Below are positions 42,326 to 55,710 of a stretch of 64,000 nt of DNA, in pieces. Made by a program: the position numbers and the translations under genes. Every line of letters starts with the position of its first letter. Within the stretch, counting starts at the first letter, position 1. The notes under the pieces were generated by a model. It saw only the letters and a list, made by a program, of their open reading frames with translations, did no database searches and had not been told where the DNA came from. Location of the stretch: assembly GCF_009914755.1 (NCBI RefSeq), contig NC_060935.1; one strand, given 5' to 3'. The DNA comes from the human T2T-CHM13v2.0 reference genome, Homo sapiens.

Positions 42326-44479
42326 ATACCCTTCCCTCAGACCTTATTTACCAAAACACATTTGATAGATACTCCATTCCAATTCTCTTTTGAAGTCAGT
42401 AATTTTTTACCTTGCAGGTCTTGGATGATTTTCTCAAGAGCCCTGATTGCTCTCCATGGGAAGTCACCTTATTCTACCACCCATACTTTTAAAAAATTTC
42501 CTTTGTGGCTCCTTTTTTGCTGCCTCTTCCATGAGCTGATAATTTATGGCATATGTCCTTCCCAAGGAGCACCAGTCTCATTAAAATTGACTCCTGTTGT
42601 TACTGTTCTGTCAAATTCAGTGGGAATGCCATCAGCTCAGTGCACTGGTTGACCTGCACCTTCCTCTTTAACTCTAGTCCAACTCGTTGTCACATAAACA
42701 TCAAGAAAAGGAGCTTGTTATAAAAGTGACACTTTTACCAGTGCTATATGATTATGTGTTCTAATAGAGAAATGACCTACATTTTTCCTCCTAGCATTAA
42801 AGCTAATAACTACATATCTTTCTTAATAGAATATAAGATGCTTTCTATACATGTAGTCAAAATTATTTAATGCGATTTCACGAAGTGAGTAACTGAGAAA
42901 GCAAAGAGCTAAGAGGACTTCCCCCCAGTTTGTCCTACCACTATTAAGAGGACAGAAATCAGCCACTTTTACTAAATGAGAGACCTGGGTCCACCTGGTA
43001 AAGGAGTAAGTAAAGCTCAAAGAGACCAAAGTTGAGGTTTGCTGACAGTTTATAAGTTTTACACGTATTGACTATCATGTTTCTTTTTGGGATGCAAATG
43101 GAAGATCATTAATTCTAGGCCACTAGAGGTTATCAGGAGGAACTGGGATGTAAAAGCAAAAGCTTGACAATAGCTCCACATCTGTGTGCCAACAGATTGC
43201 TGTATTTTACTCTTCACTCTCCATTGAGATCAGAGAGCAGAAAGCACAGTAGAAGGTACCCATGAGTAAATGTGAAAACCAAAACCAGCTGTCCTATCCT
43301 GTCACAGATTCACAACAGATATCCAGAGGCTCTTTGTAAACTACTCTGCCTGAAGTTTGTCTTTTTTCTTTTTTCAATTGGAGAGGAAGGTGTTATGTTG
43401 TGTGCAAAAAGCAAGAATGATAACCACTGGCTTCACACCTTGATTCATTTATAATGCATGTGTTAATAAGATAGTTACTGTGTTTTTTAGACACATTCTT
43501 ATAGAGAGTATGATCATCATTAGCATCATTTAGCATTATACTCGTGGATATAATAGGACAATATGGATGATATCTACTGGCGACCAATTTCCATTGTTGG
43601 GTAAGTTTTAGAGGGCCATTTAAATGCAAATAACTGGGAGATTTCTAGGCTTAGAAAACAACTTTTAAATAACCTTAAAATTGATAAGTATATTACAACT
43701 AGTATTCTATAGGGTATTTTGATGTTTTTTAATCCTCAATCTTTTGCAAAAGATATTATATTCAGGGTTGACTCTGAAGGTCTTTAAAAGGCTTTCCACG
43801 TATAGGTAGAAGACTTGTGGTCCTATCACAATAGATATCTATAACGTAAAGACAGGTATTCCTGGATGGAACACAATGCAGAAGCTGATAAGTATGTCTC
43901 TTTTTCCATCGGAGCCTTGTCTACAATAGTTAGCTTAATCTGAAACTAGCATAATGACAGCTGTCTCTGTTCTAAGACAAATTGCAGTGGTGTAATAAAT
44001 AAGGATCGAAAGCTAGAACAGCCAACCTGGTTATTCCTTTGCCTCACTCAGAAAACTTTCCTGCCAGTGTGTCTGAACTTGGCAGCAAACTGACATAATA
44101 TTTATCTAACTGAAAAGAAATACAGGTGACAGCTATCTGAAATATCCCTCTCCTCAATGACTCTTTTTCATCATAATAAAATAAAAAGAGAGAGAAGAGA
44201 CAGACAGACAGAGAGACTTTCTGAGACCATGATTTTTCAAGGGCTAGATATTTATATGAAGAAAGCTGAGAGTAATTAGTAGTTTTTCAGATCCTTTTAA
44301 CTCATAATGATACTGGGATCTGAAGGACCCTGATAGATATGATGCGTTGCATCATAACGGTTATTCTGGCAAGACATAGTCCACCTGTCTTAGTAGAACT
44401 TAGTAGTTGATGCAAGGGTTGCATGGTTTAGTGAGAACATGTTAGCATTTTACTGGGGACATCTAGTTACTGGTCCGTA

Positions 44480-45295
44480 ATATCCCACTCCCATCCAAAT
44501 TTTGCTTCTTCTCCTGCTCTCTTTTCCTAAACGAATGACAAACATCATCCAGTAATTTGCCCAAGTCAGAAACCTGGTAATCACTTTTGAATCTTATCTC
44601 TTCCTTACATTAAAAGTTAAGTTTAACTCATCAACTTTCACCCATGCTGGCTGACTCCTCAAATGCTTACAACTCTATTTTTTCTCTTTTCTCACTGCCA
44701 GTGCCTTAGGTCAAGCCTTCACTTTTCCCTAACTTTATCATAACAATACTTATAAAGCTTCCTTCTATACTTCTATGCTTTTCTATCAGCATAACACACA
44801 TTGCTGTCTGCAAATCTTTGCACACACATAAATCATGTCAGCAATTCACCCAAGTTAATTATGCCTAATGGGCTTCAGGATTTAATTGGTTTGTTTGTTT
44901 GTTTTTCCCTGAGATTATGAAAAGCTCTTTATTGAGTAGTTGCCTTGTTTAAACAAGATTTCTTAAGTGGAGTGCCTTGATCAATGCCTGACTTATAAAA
45001 ACTATAAAATAAGGTTTCTTCTCTCTTCTTTCATCTTTTTCATTCATCTTTACCTATATTGTTTATATTCTAGCACTATCTTACTTAGGAAACCAAGGTT
45101 AAGATGCTTCTCCTCAGGTTACATCCATAACATCTGTGAAAATCATTCTTGTGACACAAACCATTGCACTGTAATTGTCTACTTAGTGTTTTATTCCCAC
45201 TAAGGATCGCAAGTTCCTGGATGCTAAGACTTTCCCTTCCATCTTTATATATCCAATTATTGGCTCAGTGTGTGAATAGGTACCTAATAAGTTTC
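44480..45295 (+). mobile_element. Degenerate L2 fragments
   Basis: ccaagtcagaaacctgg, ctcactgccagtgccttaggtcaagcc, aagttcctggatgctaagac. Confidence 0.45.
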
Positions 45296-46089
45296 ACTTG
45301 GTATATCTTGCAACACTAAATTGCTAAATATATCAAATAAGCTCTGGTTTATAAAAGTTAGTTGAGCTTATTTTTTAAACTGTCAGTTGTTTAATAACAT
45401 AAAGTGCTATTATCATCATATCACTAATAATAAGAAAGATTAGGTTAACTCCTTTCTCCTATTTTTGTTCAGTTTCTATGATAAGGAAAAAAATGATTTA
45501 CTTCCTAAAAACAAATATAAGCACATTTTTCAAAATAATTTTAAGACCAATATTCTATGCCTTCTCTTTTTAAACATATTATTTTATATCGAGATTTCAT
45601 GTTGAAATACTACTCAAAAACCTTACATATCATCAGTTACCCAAGATATATCTAAATCAATAGGATACATACTAAATTAAGGAATCAGGTTCATAATTTC
45701 TAAAAGAGTTTAATTTGTATTTTGTTAACCAATTCATACCTAGCTAAATAATACTGCACCCATTTTCTTAGCCTGTCACTTCACTGAGGTCTTACTCTAC
45801 ACAAATAAACCATTTCACTTTTGTTACAGTGAAAGATTACAAAACAGAACAGGTAGATATAATACATATGGATAATGCCTATATATATCCTGAACCAATG
45901 ACACTGAAATTTTCAGTTTTAGGAAAAATTGATGATTCATTTCCTATGAAACTTTTAAAGAAAATCTGAAAGGAAGGAGGTATCCAATGATACGTAATCC
46001 TGTTTTTTCTTTACATTAGGTTTCAAAAGTTATCTAATGGTGAAACCATTCTCAATAAAATGATTCACAAATATGTGCAGAAGAGTTGG

Positions 46090-48414
46090 TAGGACATCCA
46101 GATATGGGCAATTAAGAAGATAGGCAAAATACCTTCTGCAAAAACCCACTCTACAACTACACAGAATTGATGAAAATAACTAGTTCAACAATCTGGAAAT
46201 AAACCAAAGTCATAAAAAAATCTGAGAGGCATTTACAGATGAAAAACTGCAGAAGAACAGGTAAGAAGAGGATTTTATAATGCTCTTGCCCCGGAATTCT
46301 GCTACTTCCCCACTTCCACCACTGGATGGAGATTCAGCCAGAGCAGAGTAAAGCCAGGAGGACTGGCACCTTTGTTGTAGTTGATGTTGGCAGCAATGCC
46401 CACAAAGCCTATTGGTGTTGTTAGTAGAAATTACAATGGATTTTCAAAGCTTCACATTGCATGGTTGGGGAAAATATATTCCTGACTGAGGCTATACATA
46501 TATGTAGTTAAAAATTAGGAGCTTCTAAGCTAGCCGCATAGTCCTGGTCAACCCAGAAGCTGTGTGCATAAACACAGGAGATGCAAAAGGGTCCAGCAGA
46601 AAATAAATGCCAGGGAAGGCTTGAAAATTGGCTGAAATTTGAATGTGATTCACCATACACTGCATCTGCAGAAAACTGAAGGGTTACTGTTCTGAGATGG
46701 TTAAGCATAATTTCTGATCAGTCATTGGCTAATTATTAACGTACTCAAGATACATAGAAAAACTCTAGGAAGCTAGAGTTAAAAGTAAAATCAAGAATTA
46801 ATTTTAAAACATCTGAGCAGAAACATCAGCAACTACATACCAGAGGGAAGACAAATTTCAGAATTAATCCAGAAAAGTGACTAAATTAAAAAAAAGACAC
46901 AAAAAACCACTAATGTCAACAAACTTCATTTTAAAAAAGCAAAAATAGAAATCTAGCATTGCTGTAGCACATTCTATAAAATGTCTGATTTTCAACAAAA
47001 AGGTATAAGAAATATAATGAAACAGAAAAGTAACAGCCATATTAAAGGGATCGAAATAGAAAAATAGTCAATAGAAACTGTCTAAGTAATGTACTCATGT
47101 TTGATTTAGCAGACAAATGCTTGAAAGAAGTATTATAAATATTGTCTAAGAAGTGGAAACATTTTTACGTGATGTAAAGGAAGCAAGACAGCAATAAATT
47201 GAAAATAGTGTCATAAAAGTAATTATACATATTTTTTCAGAAATGAAAATTCTCGAGCTGAAAAGCTCAAAAAATGAAAGAAAAATGTAGTAGAGATGTT
47301 TCACAGTAGATTAGATGTGGCAGAAAGAAAAATCAGGAAATCTGAATATAGTTCAAATAAATTAGCCAGTATGAAGAGTAGGGAGTAAAACACATTATAT
47401 TCATTATAAAGTGGGGTTTATCCTATAAATCCAAGGTTATTTCAATCTTTGAAAATAAATTCATTTTATATACAACATCAATAGAATAAAGAACAAAATT
47501 ATTATCTTTATAAGTGCAGCAAAAGCATTTAACAATATCTAACATTTATTCATTTTAAAAATTATCAGAAAACTAGGAATAGAAGTAAACACCTTCATCT
47601 TGACAATAAGCATTTACAAACCTACAACCAAATCCTGTCATTCTAACATTAGAAAGAAGACAAAGAAATATGCTCTTGTCCTTTCTAGTCAACATAATAC
47701 TGGAGTTTCTGATCAGTGTAGTCAGACAAATAAATAACTAAAAGACATCTAGATTATAGAGGAAGAAGTAAAATTGCAGACAAAATAATCTTGTGTATAG
47801 AAAATCCCAAGAAATTCACACAAAAAGTCCACTGGAACAAACAAAGAAGTAAAATAACTTTGCAAAATACAAAGTCAATATACAAAATTTAATTTTATTT
47901 CTACATAGTAGCAACAGAAAATCCTAAATTGAAATAGAGAAAACAATATTACTCACAATATATTTTAAAAGAAAATATACTAGTAAATAAATCTGATGAA
48001 GTTTAAGACTTATACACTGAAACCTCTAAAACACTGCCAACAAAAATTAGAGATTTATATAAATGGAGATGTATTTCATGTTCATGGATTGAAACACACA
48101 ATAATTTTAAAATGGCAATTCTCAAATTAACCAATAAATTCAATACAACTCTACCAAAATTCCCATGCACTATTTTTTGGGGAAATTGACCAACTGCTCC
48201 TAAAATTTATATGAAAATGAAAAGGATTTAAACAAGACAAACAATTTTGAAGAAAAATAAATTTGGAATATATAGACTATCAGATTTCGGAATTTAATAT
48301 AAAGCCACAATAATCAAGGCAGGGTATAATCGGTGCCAGGATATGAATAAAAATAAATTATTATAGATTTGAGATTTGAAAAGTAAATCCTTACAGGTGT
48401 AGTCAATTAATTTT
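46090..48414 (+). mobile_element. Old L1 (L1M4/MD/ME-type): 5' region, ORF1 and ORF2 remnants (left part of host element)
   Basis: aagtggggtttatcc, aaaactaggaatagaag, gaagaagtaaaattgcagacaaaataatc and catgttcatggattg are ORF2 motifs; the 5' boundary is approximate. Confidence 0.75.
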
Positions 48415-48768
48415 TTCTTTAATAAATTTATATTTTTTAACAATTTCAAATTAATAGATAAGTTGTAGACATAATACAGAGAGTTCTTATATGGCCTTCA
48501 CCCAATTTTCCCTAATATTTGTCTTTTACATTACCATGGAATGTTTGTAAAAATTAATAAATAAATAAATAATAAAAACACCAGCATTTTCAAACAAGAT
48601 CATGAAAAATAAGGAAAGACTAAAAAACTTTCACAGACCAAAAGGAACTAAGAAGACATGAGGACTAAATGTAACATGGTATCCTTGATTCAATTCTTGA
48701 ACAGTAAAAGGACATTAGTGTAAAACCTGGTAATATCTCAAAAAGACTGGAGTTTAGTGAATAGTATG
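48415..48768 (-). mobile_element. L1MC/MD-type 3' UTR insertion with 5' inversion (48415-~48560 antisense terminal part; ~48575-48768 sense upstream part)
   Basis: The two pieces are adjacent segments of one L1 3' UTR in opposite orientations, flanked by gtcaattaatttt / gtcaaatgatttt. Confidence 0.65.
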
Positions 48769-48781
48769 GTCAAATGATTTT

Positions 48782-49944
48782 TTTATTGATTTGTAATAGT
48801 TAGACATATTTATGTATATGTGATATCTTGAGACATGCAGATAATGCATAATGACCAAATCAGGGTTATAAGGATATCTATCCCCTTAAACATTTATTAT
48901 TTCTTTATGTTGGAGATATTTTAAATATTTTTTCTAGCTATTTTGGCATGCGCAATAAATTATTGTTAATTATGTTTACCCTACTGTGCTATTGAACACT
49001 AGAACTTATTCCTTCAATCTATTTTTGTAACCACTAACCCACCAATCTTCACCCCACAACTAAACTTCCTAGGTTCTAGTCCACCATCCACTCTACCTCC
49101 AAGAGATTGACTTTTTTAGTTCCTACATGTGAATGAGTGAGAACATGTGATATTTGTCTTTCTGTGCCTGACATATTTCACTTAACATAATGACCTCTAC
49201 TTCTATCCATGTTTCTATAAATGACAGAATTTGATTCTAGGTTTTTTTTTTTTTATCGCTGAATAGTATTCCATTATATGTATAAACAACCTTTTTTAAA
49301 AAATCCATTCATTCACTGATGGACACTTAGGTTGATTCTCTATCTTGGCTATTGTGAATGATGCTGCAATAAACAGCAGGACAGATACCTCTTCAATGTA
49401 ATGGTTTTCTTTCTTTTAGGATTATTTGTTTTTTAGCTATTGAGTTGTTTGAGTCTCTTATATATTCCGGTTATTAATTCCGTGTCAGTTGGAAAGTTTG
49501 CAAATATTTTCTCCCATGCTGTAGGTTGGCTCTTCACTTTGTTGGTGGTTTTCTTTGCTGTGCAGAAGCTTTTTAATTTAATAGAATCCCATTTGTCTAT
49601 TTTTATTTGTCTGTATCTTTGAGGTCTTACCCCAAAAAAATTTGCCCAAATCAATTTTCTAAAGCGCTTCCCTAATGTTGTCTTTTAGTTATTTCCTAGT
49701 TTTAGGCCTTACATTTCAGTCTTTAATTCATTTTGATTTGATTTTTGTATATAGTGAGAGATAGGGGTTTAGTTTAATTTTTCCTGTATATAGATCTATC
49801 CAGTTTTCCCAGCACCATTTATAGAAAAGTCTGTTCTTTCTCCACAGAATAATCTTGGTATCTTATTGAAAATCAGTTGGTTATAAATCTGTGATTTTAT
49901 CTCTGGGTTCTCCATTCTGTTCTATCAGTCTATGTGTTTGTGTG
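48782..49944 (-). mobile_element. L1MA-type 3' end plus ORF2 fragment
   Basis: ORF 49433-49654(-) [17 protein letters not shown]...[11 protein letters not shown] is L1 ORF2p; L1MA 3' UTR at 48782-49140. Confidence 0.9.
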
Positions 49945-51214
49945 TTCAATTGACTTTTCATAAAGGTATCAAAGCATTCAATGTCAAAATGTTAATATTT
50001 TCAAAAGATAGTGCTTGCATAATTGTATATCTGCCAACAAAGAGCTTAGCCTTTTACTTTACTGTATGTAAAAATTAAAATGACATCAACCATACACCTA
50101 ATTGTAAGCATTAAAATTATTTAAAATCCTAGACAAAAACATAAGAGAAAATTCTTATTATTTTGGGTTGGGTGAATGTCCTTAGTTAGATACAGAATCA
50201 AAAGCCCAATCAATGAGAGAAAAAAATAATGTTTGATTTCATAAAAATTTGAAAACTCTGTGCTTCAGAAGACAAGGAATGATTTCCAAGGGTGGGAGAA
50301 AAGTAAAAATAAATACATTAATTAATTAATTTAAATGAAGAAAATAAAAAGGGAAGCAACATACTGGGAGAATATATTTTTATAATCATTCATTAGATAT
50401 ACAATTTGGAAAAAGGTGAATAATTATAAAATCACCAAATATTTTGAATAGACATTTGACAAAGAAGATATATGAATAGCTAATTGGCACATGAAAATGT
50501 TCAGCATCTTTTATCATTAGAGAAATGCAAATCAAAAATACAATGAAATACCACAGCACAGCTTCTAACAAAAACGATAGATAATATGAAATGATAGCAA
50601 GGATGTACAAATCTGGAATGCTCATATATTGCCAATAAATATGTAAAATGGTAAAGCTCCTTTAGAAAGTATTTTGGCAGTTATAGTGTTAAACATAAAC
50701 TTACCCTATGACCTAGAAACTCCACTCTTAAAATCTACCCAAGACAAGTAAAAATGTACTTACGCAAAGACATCTACACAATGTTCATAGCAGCATGATT
50801 CATAATAGCCCAAGAATTGATACAACATGATATAACTATAAAAATAAAATGCCATTAAGCAATAGAAACAAATGGATTACTGATACATGCTGTTAGATGG
50901 ATGGAACTCAAAAATATTATATTAAGTGGAAGAAACCAGATGCAAAAGACTATATGTTGTCTGACTTAATAAACGTGGAATTTCCAAAAAAAGGAAAATT
51001 TATAGACAGAAAACAAATCTATAGTTGCCAAAGACAGGGAGTAGAAATGGGAGGTATCTGCAAAAGGGATGAGGGAAATTTGGGGGTTGATTGAAATATC
51101 TTAAAACCAGATGGTGGTAATGATTGTACAATTCCATACATTTAGAAAACATTATAGAATTATACATTTCTAATTTGTGAATTTTATTGTATTAAACCTC
51201 ACTAAAGCTGTTAA
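49945..51214 (+). mobile_element. Old L1 ORF2 end and 3' UTR (right part of host element)
   Basis: agagaaatgcaaatcaaaa, ccctatgacctagaaactccactc, terminal ggtggtaatgattgtacaa...aaagctgttaa. Confidence 0.8.
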
Positions 51215-51929
51215 GATGTATAGAATATTAGGATAAAATTCAAAAATTTTAAAAGTAGATTAAAATTTTTAAAAGTTATTAAAATTAAAATGAAAAATTA
51301 AATATAAAGTAGGAAAGTGTCTTAATTCCTTCCTAAATAGAGTTTCATCCATATGTAAAATAGGTAGCAGAAAAGGCATCTTACAGTAATCCATCATCCC
51401 AAATCTCTGGATTCACGTTTCCACTACTAGAAATCTTCCCCAAGTTTAAATATGTACCCCAACCGAGCTCTGTTTTTCTAACTATTCTATTATTACTCAT
51501 CTAAATTCATGAACGTTACAGACATTATTCATCATGCTAATAGTCTTCTTAATCGAAGTACCCCATACATATTTCTAAGCGGGCCTGCAAGTCAAAGTGC
51601 TACATTATTAGAAATGTCAACGTGTCTCCATGGGTGAGACCCAGAGTAAAATTGCCACCAGTCAGAACTCAAATTGTAGTCATGATTTCTTGTTAGTGCT
51701 ATCTATCTACTGAGCTGGTCATAGTATCCTCCTCTTGGCGACAGAGAGAACAAGTAAAGATAATTATGCCTTTTTACAATATACGTACTAATATAAAAAT
51801 GCGGCTGTCACTTCTGCCACACTGCCACAGCTGGTCACTGCTCTTTTACGGTGAGTTGGTCCCTGCTTCTAAGTGGCCATTACAGAGACCATAATGGCAT
51901 TTCAAGCTGAAAGAGAAGGGAACTGATGT

Positions 51930-52125
51930 TTATCAGTTATCCACTAAGTACATTGTGTAGGTGCTTCCACTTACATTAGCTTCACTTAATCTTAATAAAA
52001 CTCCGAGGTAGATGTTAAAACTTCCTTTTTATATAAAGAGAAAACGAGACTCAGGGAAGTTAAATGAATTATTCAGCTTCTCCTGGTAGTTCACTGGAGT
52101 ACCTACATTGAATCATCAGTCTTTA
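51930..52125 (-). mobile_element. MIR
   Basis: aagagaaaacgagactcagggaagttaaatgaatt. Confidence 0.6.
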
Positions 52126-55049
52126 GAGTACAAATTCTACCTAAGTGTGTATAAAACGATGGCTCTCACTATGCCGTGTTGCCGAGATCTAAATGATGAA
52201 TACGTGATTACTGAAGGTCCAGACGATTCCATCACCTCCTCTCTTAAAGGAGACTGCCCATTCTCGGTTTCTGCAGAATTACCCAGTGAGGCTGGCCTCA
52301 TTGGAGTACTGCCTAGTTCCTCTCTCCCTGTCAAATTACAATCTGCCATCTCTACTTGACATCTAAACTCAGTCCTTTCTCTCAGGAACAGAAGAACTTG
52401 GCATTCCCAGCAAGGACTCAATCATACACTGGCTATAACAATAAGGTAAAAGTCACTTTAAATAATTAAGTGCTATCCAGTGTAATGTGTAATCAACCTA
52501 AAGTGCACAAAAGCAGAGGCATGTGTCACAATACATAGCTGGTTTGGACCTGGCCTTCATTTTTCCCACCTTCATTTCCTTCAGAGAATAGTAGAGTAAA
52601 ACAGGGGAGTGTTTCTTTTTCTTTCCTGACAGAAGACACGACATGTCCCCATTTAAGAGTCTGCCAGAGTCCACTTAGTGTTGACACATGTTGACTGGAT
52701 GACACAAAGATAGGAAAGGTTGAAGGATTCTTGGAAGGAAAGAAGCCAGTTGTATATTCTTTTCGTAAGAAAAAAAAAAGAAAAAAATTTAAACAGTACT
52801 TTTTTTTCTTTCCTTTTATGTATGCTTCACATATTGTATTCTGGCGGGGGGGGTCTCACATATATTCAATGAGTACAGGAGGATAAAGTGAGGAAATTGC
52901 AGGGTTTGTGAAGATTCCTTTTTGGGTGGTGCACCCTTATGTAGTCCACAAAGCACTAAATAAGGGGCAGATTTATAAAGGGGAGACAGACAGTTATTTT
53001 CCCTTCCACATAGAACTAACTGCTTGTTAAAGAGCAAATCATTCCTTTCTATTTAGCCAGATTGCTGTCTCTTGATTGCATACTTAATCATGGAAATTTA
53101 ACTTTCTTCCTGGAGATACAATTTTTCTTTGCAGTCAATATGTAGTCAATGCATGTTAATACAATCAAGCTATTCTTTCCTTCTCTCTCTCAACCAAAAG
53201 TCCCATTAATAACAGCAATAGCAGCAACATTTGACATTTATACAGCCTGAAGGATTCCAAAAAGATTTCACCAATTACTGTGAATAGAGTCCTGATGAGC
53301 TGCAGCTACTTTTGAGGCAGGAAGAGAATAAGCAGAAGCACAAAGTCACAGTGAGAGAGATTCTGCCCAAGGGTATGTGCCATACGCCCCCTTCTTTAAA
53401 TATTCCAAAATATTATTCATGATGACAGAGAAAACGCACGTCTTTTGCTTTGAAACCACCTAAAAGTCATTAGAAGTAAAATAATATTCAGCTGGTCAAC
53501 TAAAATGAGACACTAGGAAGGGTAGAATTAAGTTTATTTCCAGTTGGTTCCATTTTTGGCATGATTATTAATCTAGCCTTGATACTAATTGGAAAACTTG
53601 AGACACAACAGGCAATTCAAGTAGTCCTGATATCTTGAATTTTTCCATAATTTTCTCAGATACTGTAAGGGACTGGCTAGAATTCAGGAATATATTTTCA
53701 CTGGAAGGATTTCAATTCAGTAACTAAAATATTGCCTTATGCACAGAGAACAAGAGTTTCAAGAGGATTTAAATACATACTTTGAAATTCTCTTTTACTA
53801 AAAATAAATCAATCATATCAACAGCAGAAAGATAAAACTGAGAAATATTACTATCCTTTGAAAACACTACAAATTCCGTTCTCCTAAGACTTACGTAATA
53901 TCTTTTGATAACGTACTAATTTGAAAACCATCCACTAATCACACAACATGCAATAAAGTATACAATAAAGTTAAAGTTTTTGATTCCCAATATCATAAAA
54001 GCATAAACTTACTCAAGAACCACAACAACCCGTTTCCAATATGATACAAGTAATAATGGCTACTGAAATGTCAATATTTAATTGAACGTATCTAGGAGGC
54101 TGGTTGCTGAATCTGCTTAAATCCATTTTAGTTGTATAAATGCATCTTATTTTTCATGTCAGATTTCAAAACAGTGGGCCATACTAATTTGTATTCCTTA
54201 ATGAAGCCAAAGACTGTCGCTGCCAAAGGAGTACCATGTGCAGAGTTACCAGACAGGTACTGTTTTCTATTATTATACACATTTGTGAAAATCATACATA
54301 GTCAATCTCTTAAATAGCAGGAGACTAAAAAGAAAAAATAAAAAAAGTTCCTCTTGAGCCTAAAGCCAAAAGCAAAGACAAGAATCTTTGCTATCTTCTT
54401 TCTAGATAGACTTACACTGACTCTTTGAGGTTAACTGAAACCTAATAATATTAAAACCTGAATAACACAGTTATAAATATGTATCAACATGTGAATTCTA
54501 CCTTATGGGCCCTTAGAGAAAAGTAATTGAATGTTCAGTCTGTAGATGCTTTTAAACTGAAAAAATAAACTACCTCATTTTATTTATTTTCTCTTGATGA
54601 ATAATGAAATGAGTATGTTTGCGTGTGTGCATGTATGGGTGCATGTGTGTACATGTAGCTAAATATATAATCATTAATTCTCCCAGTTCCAGATGGCAAA
54701 TTGTATAGGATTTTACATATTTCATCTATCAAGTGATTAAAGAAATACCACATATGAAGGATTTAAAAATGTAAGATATATCACCTCACTGAGAAAGAGG
54801 CATGATCTTTTCTAGAAAAGACGAACAGGTGCTTATCAAAAATAAAAACAATTACAATATCTTTATAGAGTCTTGTTTAGATTCTTTTAGAGTCTCTTCT
54901 ACATGGTTAGAAGTCTAATAATATAGCAGGTTTATATAATATTTTTAACTGGTAACTATAAAACAGTGCCTAAGCTAAAAAATTGTGGAGCTAAAATTAT
55001 ACTTGAACAAAACGATATGTATACTGCCCTTTATTTTGTATGTATACAA

Positions 55050-55053
<4 letters not shown>

Positions 55054-55081
<28 letters not shown>
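55054..55081. repeat. (AC)14 microsatellite
   Basis: Seen directly in the sequence. Confidence 0.95.
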
Positions 55082-55544
55082 TCAAAAACTAAATACAAAA
55101 TATATAGCATATAAGTATATATTATATACATACACATATATGCATATGGGTAATGCAACATTTTCTTGCTTTGACTATTTGAATTATACTATTTATTTTT
55201 CTCCAGCATGGTGAAAATAAGTAAATTTACATTAGAATTATGCAACTAGGATGCAAAACCCTCTCCTGATTTCTACAAATAATATTTTGTAGTTTGCTAA
55301 TGTCAAGAATATTTCAGTCTTCAGACTAATGGAAACACATATTGACATATTGTAGGAACAAATTCTTTATATATATTTAGATAATATAAAGTTTTTAGCT
55401 GTGCTTTAGTCTTTGACTTACATGGTTCGCATTTATACTAAAATGGAAACATTCAGGTTTTTAGCATTAAGTGATTTGGATATGGAAAAGTTTCATACAA
55501 ATGTGTCCTACCATATTTTAAACTCAGAAAACTGACAGGAAAAA

Positions 55545-55710
55545 AAATAGTCTTAAACAAGATTGGTTGCTGTTCTGGCTCTACCACTACCTCCTTGTCT
55601 AGCCTAGATCAAGCTGTTTACCCTCTCTAGGATTTCATTTCCTCTTGTGGAAAACAAAGGGCTTGTACTAGACAATTTGTCTGCAAACTCTGCATCTGAA
55701 ATGTTATTAA
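55545..55710 (+). mobile_element. MIR3/MIRc-like fragment
   Basis: ctggctctaccactac...ccctctctaggatttcatttcctcttgtggaaaacaaaggg. Confidence 0.5.

Noticed and set aside
43118-43135. CTCF-like ggccactagaggttat
   Set aside because: The critical GGC of the core is replaced by GTT.
52193-52214. C-box (atgatga) and ctga as a C/D snoRNA
   Set aside because: The boxes are only ~11 nt apart, with no terminal D box or stem at snoRNA length.
52108-52421. Overlapping ORFs on both strands with protein-like composition
   Set aside because: No recognisable homology and no convincing flanking splice sites; locally higher GC explains the open frames.
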